Origin: Eledone cirrhosa
Lineage: Eukaryota
Length of the DNA stretch: 64,000 nucleotides
Direction: 5' to 3'
Assembly: GCA_964016885.1 (NCBI GenBank)
Contig: OZ024754.1
Location: forward strand, 39,556,001 to 39,620,000
Under the pieces are notes generated by a model. That model saw only the letters and a program-made list of their open reading frames with translations, searched no databases and was not told the DNA's origin. A program made the translations under genes and the position numbers. The first letter of the stretch is position 1; every line of letters starts with the position of its first letter. Shown here in pieces: positions 39,701-52,744 of this stretch.

Positions 39701-41718
39701 ACCCGTGCCAGATGTGCAGAGCTACTCGACACCTGTGCTAGGTGTGTGGAGTTGCCTGACACCATAGGAGGACGTACAGGAGTACCTAACACCTTTGCAG
39801 GGTGTGTGGAAGCACTGGACACCATAACAGGTTGTGCAGAACTTCCTGACACCTGTGCAGGGTGTGTAGAAGCACCTGACACCTGTGCCGGGTGTATGGA
39901 GCTCCCTGACACCTGAGCTGGGTGTATGGAGCCCCCTGACACCTGTGCCGGGTGTATGGAGCCCCCTGACACCTGAGCAGGATGAACAGAGCCACTTGGC
40001 ATTTGTCCTGGATACGAGGAGTTGCTAGATCTTTGCACTGAGTAAATAGAATCTTGTATATTGTAACTAGAACTGACTGATCCTTGCGGGGAATATACCG
40101 AACTACTTGGCACCTGTGCTGGTTGAAGAGAGCTACTGGAAACAGAACCCTGGTTAGAGTTCAAATAACTAGCTACATAGCCAGTTTGTAAAGCACCGCT
40201 AGTCGACTGAGGAGTGCTTATAGGTATATCTGATATCTGAGTGGAAAGCATTGTTCTATTTGACAGCTGGTCAGAATGCATAAGCCCTGACCTCTGATTA
40301 AGTTCCATTGGCTTTCCCTGCATATGCCCTGCTGGGATCTGACTGGGGTGCATGATTCCAGCAGGGACTTGAGATTGATGTACAGAGCTTAGCCCTTGAT
40401 TTATAGGAGCATTTATCATTTGAATACTATGCATTGTTGGAACACCTGCCATTTGACTTGAATGTTTTGGACCAGAAGATATTTGATTTGCATGCAATGA
40501 ACCACCCGGTACCTGTGCAGGATGCATCTGTCCACTTGAAATCTGACTCTGATGTTGTTGTAAAGTAGTAGGTAACATTTGCCCATGACCTGTTTTCAGA
40601 GAATTATTCTGTTGTATATGACTGGCTGCCAACAAAGCATTATTAGGATTTACTGGGTTACCTACATGGCCTAGATTCCTTGATCCTTCAATACAATGGC
40701 CAGGAGTAACAGAACTACTTGATATATGACCCTGGTTCAATGAACTGGATTCCAAGTGTCCAGAACTTACAGAACTAGATAATATATGACTTGGGCTAAC
40801 AGAAATTGGTCTCATCTGACCAGGTTTCTTGGAACCAGCAACCATGTGAATTACTGAACTACTTGGCATTTGCCCAGCACTCACAGAACTATTTGAAACC
40901 TGAGTTATGTTCATAGAGTTAATATCTGCTGCAGACTGTTGATAACTTTCAGTTGAAGTTACTCCTACTGGACTTTCATTACTATGAGATAACTGCATGG
41001 AATTTACCGGAGTTGAAAAACTTTTGGAAATTATAGAAGGTTCTGTTCCAGAGTTTGAAAAGTTGGGAGCAACAGAACTAATATTACTTGATGTTATTAA
41101 ACCTGATGCTTTCCCAAGACTTTGAGCAGAATATTTCGAAGAACATGGATTCATTAGAGGATTTGGTGAACTAGTAGAACTAGCAGAAGTTGTAGTAAGG
41201 CCCATCTGACCTAATGTTGAACTGGCGAAACCAGCAGCATTTTTACTATAAGTACTAGAAGCAGAGAGAATTTTAACAGAATTATTCTTTTTGGAGCTGG
41301 ATGTAGGACTGAAAAATGGAACTTGATTACTAGTAGGAACTTTTTGGTTACAATCAGAATAGGTAGGTCCTTTGAGGTTTCCACAACTAGATAATGGTAA
41401 ACTGTTTGAACTGTTAGATAATAAATAAGAGTTTACTGGATTAACATTGGGATAGTTATTTGCTGAGGACTGAGTTGGCATGTTATAGTTTTTAGTTGTT
41501 GCTGCAGTAGCAGCTGTGCTCATCACCAAGGTTTCAGGCCAAGGAGATGGAATTTGACAGCCAGGAACTGAGTTCAAAGAACTAGAAGCAGTAGATGTCA
41601 TATGCGCTTGAGACCACATATTTCTCACAGAATCTGGTTCAGTGTTGTTCATTTCTCTTGTGCTATAGGGTGCACTGTGGACTTGTATGTTCCTGGATTG
41701 TAAACCACTGTCTCCTGT
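36713..41718 (-). CDS. PHF10: PHF10/SAYP exon 2, 5006-nt exon encoding a Ser/Asn/Gln-rich low-complexity region
   Basis: Acceptor ttttctctttgtttatttacAG; frame stays open from the acceptor (TGDSGLQ...) into the 1647-aa ORF; donor CC|GTGAGT phase 2 joins exon 3 in frame. Confidence 0.9.
39360..39995 (-). repeat. Coding 30-bp minisatellite, about 21 copies, peptide unit SGSSxHPAQV
   Basis: Plus strand repeats gacacctgtgcagggtgt... every 30 nt. Confidence 0.97.
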
Positions 41719-42181
41719 CTGTAAATAAACAAAGAGAAAAATAATGTGACAGAATAAATAAATTTATCAAAACATTTAGCATTTGTGTTTTAAATTCAAA
41801 AATTGTTTTCTTGGTGCTATTAAGTTATACATGGTATAGGCCAATACTGGCTGAAACCTATCAAAGTTATAATTCTGTTAGTAATTATAATTTTCCATTT
41901 ACATAATAATTCATAGTTTCTACAGTGCCCTGCCTATTGCCAACCACCTCACAGGGTGTACCCTCAATCCCCACCAAGCAGAGAGGTCTGCTTGGTGGAG
42001 ATTGAGGGGAGAGGAGAAGGAAGATAAATATGAAGTTATGGATGTATGGCAAGTGTAGGGTGATTTGACAAGTGATGAGTAGGGAAGAAAGGGTGACCTT
42101 AGATAGCATCGGGGGAAAGGAGATGTGGCATTGGTGAGAATATCTAAGCAGTAATAGTAGCAGAGGCATGGATGAGGAGGA

Positions 42182-42208
42182 GGGGGGGGGGGGGGGGGGG
42201 GGGGGGGG
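42182..42208 (+). repeat. Poly-G run in intron 1
   Basis: About 27 consecutive G. Confidence 0.95.
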
Positions 42209-42754
42209 CATATCAATGTGTCTGTCTCTGTCTGCCTACCGATTTACTTAAATATCTGTTGTATCTATCTATAGTTATCTATTTATGTATATTTACCACT
42301 GTATCTCTTTTCAGACAAGAACAACAGCAAAGCTTAAATCTTGATAGTCTTACCATCTTCAATTCAAAAGATCATTTTTAAGATACAGTAACCCTTTTTC
42401 CCACAAAAACTCAAATCATTTCTTTATTAATAACTGATTGTGTTGATTAATTTATCATTAGTGAAGATTGTAAAGTTTTATGGTTTTAAGGGTTGAGAGG
42501 ACACTTCAGATAGAGGGATAGATAGACAAACAGATACATAGGTAGAATAAAGTCACAATGATGGTTGGTGTGAAAAGAGAGAGAACGTCAAAGAAAATCA
42601 ATGATTTAAGCAAATTTTCCATAGAATGTTGTAATCAAGGAATTATTAAATTAAATATTTTTTACTAATAATGCTTTCTTTATTATAATAATAATGCTTT
42701 CTTTATTTTTTACTAATTATGCCATCATTTTTGACAGGTACTAAGCTTGTATAC

Positions 42755-43010
42755 GTTTTTTTTTTAATTTACTCACCTCAAGCAAAGAGTTACTGAGACG
42801 GGAAAAGGACAAGACAGAGAGAATAATTCAATGAAAGAGAAGATAACAATTAATGCTACCTTTGAATTTTTGAAAATTGTAGTGGTTAGGAAAGCCAGAA
42901 GAGAATTCCATAGATGAGATATGCAAGGAAAGAAACCATCAGAATTGCAATTGCATTTAAGAACGATAACTTAAATTGATGAGACCTAGCTGTAAATTTG
43001 GTACTCCATT
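42755..43010 (-). mobile_element. CR1/Jockey-group LINE 3' end with poly-A
   Basis: FFPCISHLWNSL...FPNHYNFQKFKGSIN resembles the ORF2 terminus SFFPRTxxLWNxLP. Confidence 0.6.
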
Positions 43011-44071
43011 TAAACTCATGAAGACAAAGCAACATCAGAAATTTTCCATGAAAATATTTATATGTATATCATCACCACCATCATCATCATCATTTTACAT
43101 CTTTTGCTTGCTTACATGTGTAGGGGTAGGTCTTTTCCAGCACAAAGTCTCTCTACTCTTTGTGGTCATTTGTCATATCTTCTGCAAGCTTCAACAATTT
43201 GAAATCACTCTCACAATCTCCACCCACACCATCCTCTACTCTGGCTTCCTTTCACACAATGATTGTTATCCATACTATCACAGTCATTTCTTCTATTGCA
43301 CACTGCATCTGATTCCTCTTATATCTAGTTTCTCTCTCAATTTATCCATGCTTCGTCATTCATGCATATTAACACTGTACATTCTTTGAAGCATGTTCGC
43401 TTCTTTCATGCTCTTTAGTCTTCACATATCCTCAGCATTTACTGCCCATGTCTCACTACCATGTAACACCACACACAAGCATCATAATACAGTCAGTTTT
43501 TGTTTTTTTTTGTTCAGAGAGGGAGAAGCCTTTTGCTGTCAACAGTAGTAGTAGCTCCCTGAACGTTTTCCATCCTGTTCTTACTCTAGTTACTATGCCC
43601 TCAGAGCAACCCTAACTCCTCCACTAATTAGATCACCAAATAAATTAGTATTAAAACTGGATATCAAACAAAAACAGATTAAAGCAAATCAAAGTAACAT
43701 GAAAATAAAAAAAAAGAAACTCTAATCAAAAACTGATTACAATCGAAATAACATTAACTAAAGCTATGAAACATATATATATTCTAATTGAACATGTGAT
43801 ATTGAAGGTAAATATGTCATTTATATTGTTTAATGATTCTGAATAAATCAATACAGAGAAGAATGAATGATGGAACATCTTGCTTGTAAATCAATTAAAT
43901 AATTCAATATAATTTAATCCTAGTTATTTTATTCATTATATATATGTACATTTGGGTTTACCAAACATTTATTATAATGCTCGGTTTGTTTGCAAACAAA
44001 CAGCCTGAATTATTAGCCGTACAGTGTTCGGCAACCATCGTTGCCATTTTGTTTAACACTGACAAAGGAAC

Positions 44072-44110
44072 GATGAACTAGTTTCTAGTTTATTAGCTGT
44101 CATCAGCACC
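44072..44110 (-). ncRNA. Minimal type I hammerhead ribozyme motif (left arm)
   Basis: GGUG-CUGAUGA-CAGCUAAUAAACUA-GAAAC-UA-GUU-CAUC: intact core, 4-bp stem I, palindromic helix III ACUAGU, one mismatch in stem II. Confidence 0.65.
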
Positions 44111-44273
44111 ATATACCTTCCTGTCAGTTGATTGAATGTTTGAAAGTATATACTTTCCTTATGCATATTAACGGCTGAGCAGCCTAATTTGCATATCGAG
44201 TGAGTTAGTCGGCCGTTAATGTGCATAAGGAAAGTATATACTTTCAAACGTTCACTCAACTGACAGGTATACT

Positions 44274-44310
44274 GTGCTGATGACAGCTAATAAGATAGAA
44301 ACTAGTTCAT
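44274..44310 (+). ncRNA. Minimal type I hammerhead ribozyme motif (right arm)
   Basis: GUG-CUGAUGA-CAGCUAAUAAGAUA-GAAAC-UA-GUU-CAU. Confidence 0.6.
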
Positions 44311-44930
44311 CGTTCCTTTGTCAGTTGAACAAAATGACAACGATGGTTGCCGAACACCCTACAGCTAATAATTTCGGCTGTTTGTTTACAAACAAACCGA
44401 GCATTGTAATATATGTTCTGTAAACCCATACGTACATATATATATATATATGTGTGCATGTATGTATGTATGTATATACTACTGTACGTCTGTATACATA
44501 TATGTATGTACGTATACATACTTATATTTAAGTATCAGCCGTACTAAGAGTGAGAAATATATATATATATATATATATTAAAATAACAGATTAAAGTTTA
44601 AGCAAAGAATCGCTGCTTTCACCCTTAATATACTGTACATTGTTACACCTAAATATAATTTGTAAACATAAAGCTCTACAAAATATAATTTTTAGCCTGT
44701 ATAAATATGGAGCCGTTTATGGTGTATTATGACCGAAATAGTTTTATTTTAGTCATTTAACATTAACATTTACATTTCATTTTACGTCCGCTTTTTCCCT
44801 GCTTGCAAGGGTGGGACGGGAACTGATTCTAGCTTGATTTCTACAGCTGGATGCCCTTCCTAACACCAACCTCATTTACAGTGAGTGCTGGGTGCTTTTT
44901 TGCCGTGGCACCTCCACGACCACTTTGCAG

Positions 44931-45004
<74 letters not shown>

Positions 45005-45190
45005 TCATCATCATCGTTTAACATCTATCTTCCACACTAGCATAGATTAGATTTCTACAGCTGAGTAAACTGGAGCAATGTGAAATAAAGTCTCTTGCTC
45101 AAGGAAACAACACATCACCCGGTCTGAGAATTGAACTCACAACCTTTCAATTGCAAGGCCAATGCTCTAACCACTAAGCCATATGCCTCC

Positions 45191-45235
<45 letters not shown>

Positions 45236-45236
<1 letters not shown>

Positions 45237-45430
45237 CAAGGAAGTGTGGTAAGGAACCAGGTGGACTATAACGCACCAGAGTACTCGATACTTTGGGTAG
45301 TAGAGTAGGTAATGACAGCAGAGCTCAAGCTATTTCAACGGCTATTTCTGGACTAAATTTACTAATTTAGTCCAGAAATAGCCGTCAAAACAGCTTGAGC
45401 TCTGCCGTCGGGGTCCTGAACCTTTTCACA
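45236..45430. mobile_element. Hairpin-plus-tail element in (TA)n, homologous to 59018-59220 in the opposite orientation
   Basis: Shared tail ggtaaggaaccaggtggactataacgcaccagagtactcgatac and hairpin gagctcaagc...gcttgagctc. Confidence 0.75.
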
Positions 45431-45826
45431 CACATATATATATATATACTTCATATAAAAAAATTATATACATTTCTAATTAATTATCTCTTTTTAGGAT
45501 TACATCATTCTCTATCTTTGACCACTTAACTTTCTAACTTAGCGTATGACACCACACATTCCCTGTACTCTTAGTTTCTCCCTCTACAACACAGTAGGGT
45601 GAATTCTTGTCACTTCCTTATTTAATCTTTCCTCTTGTGTATTTATCATACATGCATGTTAAACAGTGATCACACACACACACACACACACATATCTATA
45701 TATACAAACATACTTGTATAAATAAATACATTGTTTGAAATTCCATCCCAAACAATCAGGTAAGTGCTCATCGTTATCCCTGATATTTAGTACTCATTTT
45801 TGTGTTTGTTGTTTAACATCACACAT

Positions 45827-45927
<101 letters not shown>

Positions 45928-46030
45928 TTGTCTTTATTTGTTAATTTTTCATTCGCACCGTTTCCTTTCGCTATATGTCTCTCCACCACTCCCCTACACA
46001 CCTTTTGAACTCTGTTCCCACATACTTCTC

Positions 46031-46062
46031 ACCTGAAGAAGGGCTTATGCCCGAAACGTCGT
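46031..46062 (+). ncRNA. Minimal hammerhead motif in a (TA)n-flanked ~220-bp insert
   Basis: CUGAAGA-A-GGGC(UUAU)GCCC-GAAAC-GUC; perfect stem II, stem I only 2 bp. Confidence 0.7.
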
Positions 46063-46147
46063 CCCCCACCTACCCCCCACTCTCCTGAGCGTGAATTATT
46101 AAACATTTATCGTACTGCCTCTCTGTTCTGTCCCTGTTCAATTTTTC

Positions 46148-46197
<50 letters not shown>

Positions 46198-47499
46198 CAT
46201 ACATATACATATATATATACATATACACACACACATCCCTTTTCACACTCACACCCGGAACCACCTTAGCCCTATGGCACACAACTACTCATTTTGGAAT
46301 GTGGTTACTTAATATTAAAAGCTTCCATCATAATTTTATTTAAGAATGTTTTAAGTAATGCTCACATCAGTTTACTAACTAAAAAGTCATTTTTTTAATT
46401 CCTCCAATTTTTTAATTGTTTTGAATATATAAGGAAATGTGTAAACAATTTAAATCATTAGAAATATGAACTGATAGGGAAACTAAGCTTAAGAAGAATC
46501 AGATGCACTGTGCAGGAGGAGATATTGCGTTGGTATGGACATGTGATGCATATGAAGGATGACAGCTGTATAAAAAGGTGCAGAGCGCTGAAAGTCGATG
46601 GAAACCTTGGAGGAAGACTTGGGACGAGACGAGGTGATAAAAGCCGACCACAGGACTGAGATCTCTGGCGTTACGCAGTAATACAGAAGACCCAACTTCC
46701 CATGGGCGCAGGCCGAAGCATATATACAGCATGCACTACCCCACCCCACCCACTCCCACGAGGACAAACTGAAATATACATCCAGTGAAGCCACCAACCT
46801 ACACTGCTAAGTGGTCATGATGGTGACATGACAAAAAGCACCCAGTATTCACTGGGAAGGGCATCCAGCTGTAGAAATCAAGCCAAAATCAGTTTTGGCA
46901 TTGCTCACAACAGGATAACTCGCCTAACCCACGCTAGTGTGGAAAAATGGGCATTAAACAGTGATGATGATGATGATACGCAAAAGGCAAACGACACAGT
47001 ACAATGAAGTAATATATTAATAGTTTTATAGTAGGAAAAGAGCCATAACGCTTTGGACGCTAGTCCTTCATCACAGAATAGAATGAGAAATTAAAGAAAA
47101 AATATAATGATTGAGGAAACGGGCAGTGGCAGAAATGAGAGAGATTTTCTTAAATCAGAGATCTAATATAATGATATATATGCTGCCTGCAAATGGGAAA
47201 TTCAAAATATTTCAATTTTTAAAATGAATGTAGAAAATGAAAATCTATTAAAAAAAAAAAAAAAAAATTTTTTTAATTAAAAAAAAAAAGAAGGGCACTT
47301 CATAAAGATTTTTAACCCTAAAACAGAACAGAAAATAAATATTAGCAATTGCCAAATACAATCACCATGGAATTTGATCTCATAACCATAGTGAATGTTA
47401 TCAAATATTTATTTATGGATCTTTAGCCAAGTTGTTCTATGAAACTAAGTCACGCATGCACGCGTTACTAAATGTCATATTTTCCTTATAACCATGTGC

Positions 47500-48870
47500 T
47501 CCGGTTCGTAATGTTAGTCTGACTCTGATGCCAGCAATTTGAAACCCTGACAAGTGTCTCAGCTCCTACAAGCATATGGGAGTAAAAGGTCAGCATCAGA
47601 TCCCTTGTTTTCCAAGGATGGCTCTACTCTGTTCTCTAAATCAAGTGAGATCACAGATCATTGGTTTGTACAGGTTTCTGAGCTGCTAAAAACCATGAGT
47701 CCATTGCAGATGATATAGTAATTAGTACCATTGAACAAAGATCTGTCTCCACCTCCTCAATATATGAGGTAGCAATGGTAATATCTAAACTAAATCTTGC
47801 AATGGCTTCTGGTAAAGATGGAATCTGTACTGAAGTCTTATACTATGATGGCAGTTGTACCACATAGAATCTTCTGGTAAACATAGAATCTGTACTGAGG
47901 TTTTATACCATGGTGGCAGTTGTACCACATAAAATCTTCACAAGTTTATTAGGAAAGAAGGTACTGTTCCCAAGGAATGGGAAGACACAATTATAGTTCC
48001 TCAATATGACTGGAAAGTTATCAGAATAAAGTGCTTTCCTGTCAATTGTTGGTAAATATTCTTCAGGAATATCAGTAGAGTTTCCATTCTGGTAAAGGAT
48101 ATGATCTTTACAAGAGAGATTGCAGAACATAGATCTTGTCCAAGTTTTCAATAATCTAACAAAAGTCTTCCATACTGTTAATAAGACAAGTTTGTGGAAA
48201 ATATTCTGCAAACTCTGTTGTCCAGATCACTTTGTTTCAATAATTAAATCATTTTCTACTGAAATGGATGTACAGGTCAATGTCAATGGGAAAGTAGCAG
48301 GACTCATTCCTGTAGAGAATCATGTCAGAGTAACATCCTTGTCCCAGCTCTCTTCCCTCTGTATTTTGCTGTTACTCTCACTTATGCTTTTGCTATTAAT
48401 TGCTCTTCTGGGATTTATAGGAAGTGCTCATCTTCCCAGCATCTCTTCAATTAGCAACATTTTGAAGTCAATTAAAAAGTCTTTCAATCTCTTTTAAGCA
48501 GATAATTGCAACTTAGTTGCACATATTACTGAAGATATGTAAATTCTCACTGATTATATTTCTGCATCTTAACCCTTTAGCATTTACATTACTCTATATA
48601 TACTATCATATTTTCACAGTAAAGGCTTTACCTCACGTAATTATATATTGAGGCAATGGTACAGAAGCACTGTTTACATTAGATCAGATACCTAGTTGAG
48701 TGATCAGAGCATCCTGGCACAAATGCTGTATGGTAAGCTCATATGTAGAAAGCACTTCCCAGCACAAATCCAAGCCAGAGAATTCCAGATACTCCTTCGG
48801 AAATTCATGATACATGAACAATTGTAAGATTTGATTTTAATGTTGAAAATATATTTATAGATAAATTATT
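47500..48870 (+). mobile_element. Decayed RTE (BovB-like) reverse transcriptase fragment interrupted by a partial MITE at ~48570
   Basis: VFNNLTKVFHTVNKTSLWKIFCKLCCPDHFVSIIKSF resembles FxDLTKAFDTV...LWKILxKxGCPxxFxxIIxSF. Confidence 0.75.
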
Positions 48871-51751
48871 GTCAACTTAATTTATACTTTATTGATAATA
48901 TTTAAAAAAAGTGATTGAACAGCAGGGTCAAGAGGACATTTCAGTCCAGTTGGGGTCATAATTGTTTCTACTTTAGGCACAAGGCCAGCAATTACCCAGT
49001 GCATTACTGGTACTTTATTTTATCGACCCCGTAAGGATGAAAGGCAAAGTCAACCTCGGCGGGATTTGAACTCAGATCGTAAAGGGACGTAAATGCACCC
49101 AGTACACTTTGTAAGGTGGTTAGTGCTAGGAAGTAAAAAACCATGTCAGAACATAGACAAAATGCGGTCTTTCAATATGTCTCTAAATAAGAACTGATTT
49201 GGGTCATGACAGCTGTTGAACCCATGCCAGCATGGAAAGCAGACATAAAAACAATGATGATACATAACTTGTATTGAGCCCTATTTGAACACTGAACTAT
49301 ATATATATATCATCATCATTTTACATCCGCTTTTCCCCCGCTTGCAAGATATACATATATATATATAAGTTATTCCAGGTTCAATCGGGGGTAACCACAG
49401 TAAGTAAGGTACTCAATACATCTGAGGATTTCTCCCGAATGAAAGTTCTAGTCATGTAGAAGCTTTTCTATATATATATATATCTAACCCATGCTAGTGT
49501 GGAAGATGGACGTTAAACGAAGATGATGATGATGATGATATATATACATTTATATATACATATTTATATATACACACACATGCATGTGTCAATATTCAGA
49601 TAGATAACTATATTATTCTTTTGCTGTCTATGTATATAATGCTATAACTATGGAATGAAATCAAAGACATAATCTATTATACACAATGGTTATATTATTT
49701 CTATGAGAATTAACTGGTAAATAAATATTTTATATTAAATATGACATATATATATACTTCTCTTCTTTTATTGGTTTCAGTCATTGGAGTGTGGTCAGAC
49801 TGGAGCTGCCTTCAAGGATTTAGTTAATCATATCAGCCCTAGTGCTTATTTAATCAATCTTTGCTTGTTGAACAGCTAAGTTACAAGATATACAGTAGCA
49901 ATATTTAAGTGGTGTAAACATATGACCTGGCAACCTCCTTAATGATGGTACTACAATAAAATGTACCCAGTACACTCTATAAGGTAATTGGCATTAAAAT
50001 AGACATCTAATGATGGACTTCAATACAGTTTCTGCCTACCAAATTTCACTAACAAGGCATAGGTCAACATGAAACTATAGATGCCAAGGTGCTATGCAGT
50101 CTGTTCAAGATCACATATTTGCCAAGTGAACTACTTAAGATCAAAGCCTTACTTCTGTCTTTATTACTGATATATATATACATGTATTTTTAGAAATCAC
50201 AACTCAGTAGGGCACACTGCAGCTGATTCCTCTCATACCTAGTTTCTCTCTCAACCTATTTGTGTTTCATTGTTCATGCATACTAACAATACACATCCAT
50301 AGAAGCATGCAAGACTCATTTCTTTCCAACCTTCATACATCCTCAGCATTTAATGACCATGTCTCACTAACATGCAATATCACACTTTGTACCGTTCTTA
50401 TACTGGCCCCTATGCTTTCAAAACACCCTTCGTCCTTACCAACTATTTCTATGGAACCTTCCTTGGGTTGGAAAGAGTTTATTTCATTAATGCTCTTATT
50501 ACTAACTACTCCTAAATATCTGCCACACACAAAATCTCATTTCTCTATCAGCCTGCCTGTAATCCCACTACATCTCATGTGTACCCAAGTTTACATAGAG
50601 TGAACTGAATGGAGTTGTTTCTACCTGCTGCTTTTCTGCAAATAGAACAACCATTTCCCAGATGGCAGCATGATCCTGTTTTTTTTACTACTTTGCTAAA
50701 TTTACCCAAAGGCTTTTCAAGTGATTTGTTTTGTTTCCACATCTGGAGTTTCTCTAAATCTTCAGCAGATTCAACATGTGTGCATATGTATATTTATATT
50801 CATGAATAGATGAAGATACAAACAGATGGACATATGGATAAATAATAAAGAGACAAAAATACAAATTAACAGAGATATAGGCATATATAGTTGGTTAAAA
50901 TAGACAGATACTTGAATAATCAAGTGCACACATATACACAGGCAATATGCTGCTTACCAAGGGGGGAGACATCCCACAATGGAAGAAAAAAATGCCAGGT
51001 CAAGGGGGTGACCCTGAAACAGATGGGTTCTGTTTGACATATTGTTGAATGTTGGCCTGGTTTAAACAGGAAAGGTGAATCACAGGCGGTCTGACCTAGC
51101 TTTCCATGATGGACAGGGGGTGGGGGTGGAAAGGGCTTATGAAGGGTTTTTCAATGTGGAAATTGAGAGTATACTGGCAAGCGAGGATCTAAATATTCCA
51201 CTCATGTCTGAGCTGCATCTGATTTAAGATGAGGGAAGGTGGTCAGAATGAAAGTCAGGAATATAATGGCAGGTGAGGGCTGTCTTCTCCATGCTCATTT
51301 CATCTAGCTTGCATGGGAAGGTGAGTCTTCTACGGTGTGTGCATATCACCAATCATCTCAATCCTGGGTCATCTTCATAACGTTCAGCTTGTGAGGTCGG
51401 CCGTCACCACATCAAGTTTTCTTAGGTTTTCCCCTACTATAGGCTCCATTGACTTTGAGCACTTTGCATTTCTTTATGCAGTTGTCATCTTCCATACACA
51501 TCACATGTACATACCAATGCATTCTCCTCACCTCAACACTGAACCTGATCCCTCTTATGCCCTGTTTTCTCTCAGCTTATCTTTTGCCGTCCATGTATAT
51601 AATTATTACACATCCATCAGAGCACGCTCGCTTCATTTCTTTCCAATCTTCACACACATACATACATATATGTGTGTGTTGTATTCAAAATACAACTATT
51701 TTCCAGTTAAAGTTATTCATATTTCCTTATGGGTGCCAAAGAAAAGATATT

Positions 51752-51790
<39 letters not shown>

Positions 51791-52644
51791 CACACACACA
51801 CACACATAGAGAGAACTAGATAGATAAATGGATACACAGACGACTTAGCTCAGCATAAAATAAATACTCATTCTCTTTTTATATATATTCATGTATAAAT
51901 TGCTCTCTTTTCCACAAAAATAATATCTCAAAAGCCATCATGGGACTTATCTTCTGGACTTACAAGTTCACAATTCAAAATATCTGGTACACTGTAAATG
52001 TTGTAAGATGGAGGTGCGACATATACACGAGTACAAATAAATGTTTTTCCGTGTGTTCATTGAATGTTTGTTTTCCATCTGCGATTGACGTATGTATGCA
52101 GATGAATGAATGCATGTGTGCGCGTATATATAAATATATATATAAATATATATATGGTTGAAAAATGAATATATATATGTATGTATATTACACACACACA
52201 TTGCATTTTAATTGATATTTACATTATATTCTTATATACATTTAAAAAAAAATTTTTTTTCTTTATATATTTTCCCGATGTGTGATCATGCATGATTTTT
52301 TTTTTTAAACATGTCATTGATGTGCGAAATCAGTTACGTGACCAGCGAAACTCGGAGTAGAAGCAGAGAGTAACCTCGTCATTACAATGAATTTATTTCC
52401 TTCCCTCATTGATATATATTATATATATATATATATATAATGTATATTTATAAACATACATATATTGGCACAATATCTTCATATACACAAAAGTACATAT
52501 ATTAAAATGCACTGTGAATTTCCTTGAATATGTGTGTGTGTATACATACATAAATAAATACATCGATTAATACGATATCTTCATATACACAATAGTACAT
52601 ATATATTAACTAACATGCAATCTTCTTGATTACACACACACACA

Positions 52645-52685
<41 letters not shown>

Positions 52686-52687
52686 AG

Positions 52688-52744
<57 letters not shown>

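Larger units (their letters stand above)
43938..44445. mobile_element. ~500-bp fold-back element with a hammerhead-like core in each arm, probably Penelope-like-element derived
   Basis: Arms ~43938-44178 and ~44209-44445 are reverse complements (about 90% by eye), 30-nt loop, TA-rich repeats on both sides. Confidence 0.8.

Noticed and set aside
39323-39916. 197-aa antisense ORF with DTCAGC repeats resembling a Cys-rich or antifreeze-like protein
   Set aside because: Mirror frame of the stop-free 30-bp coding repeat; no independent start or splice evidence
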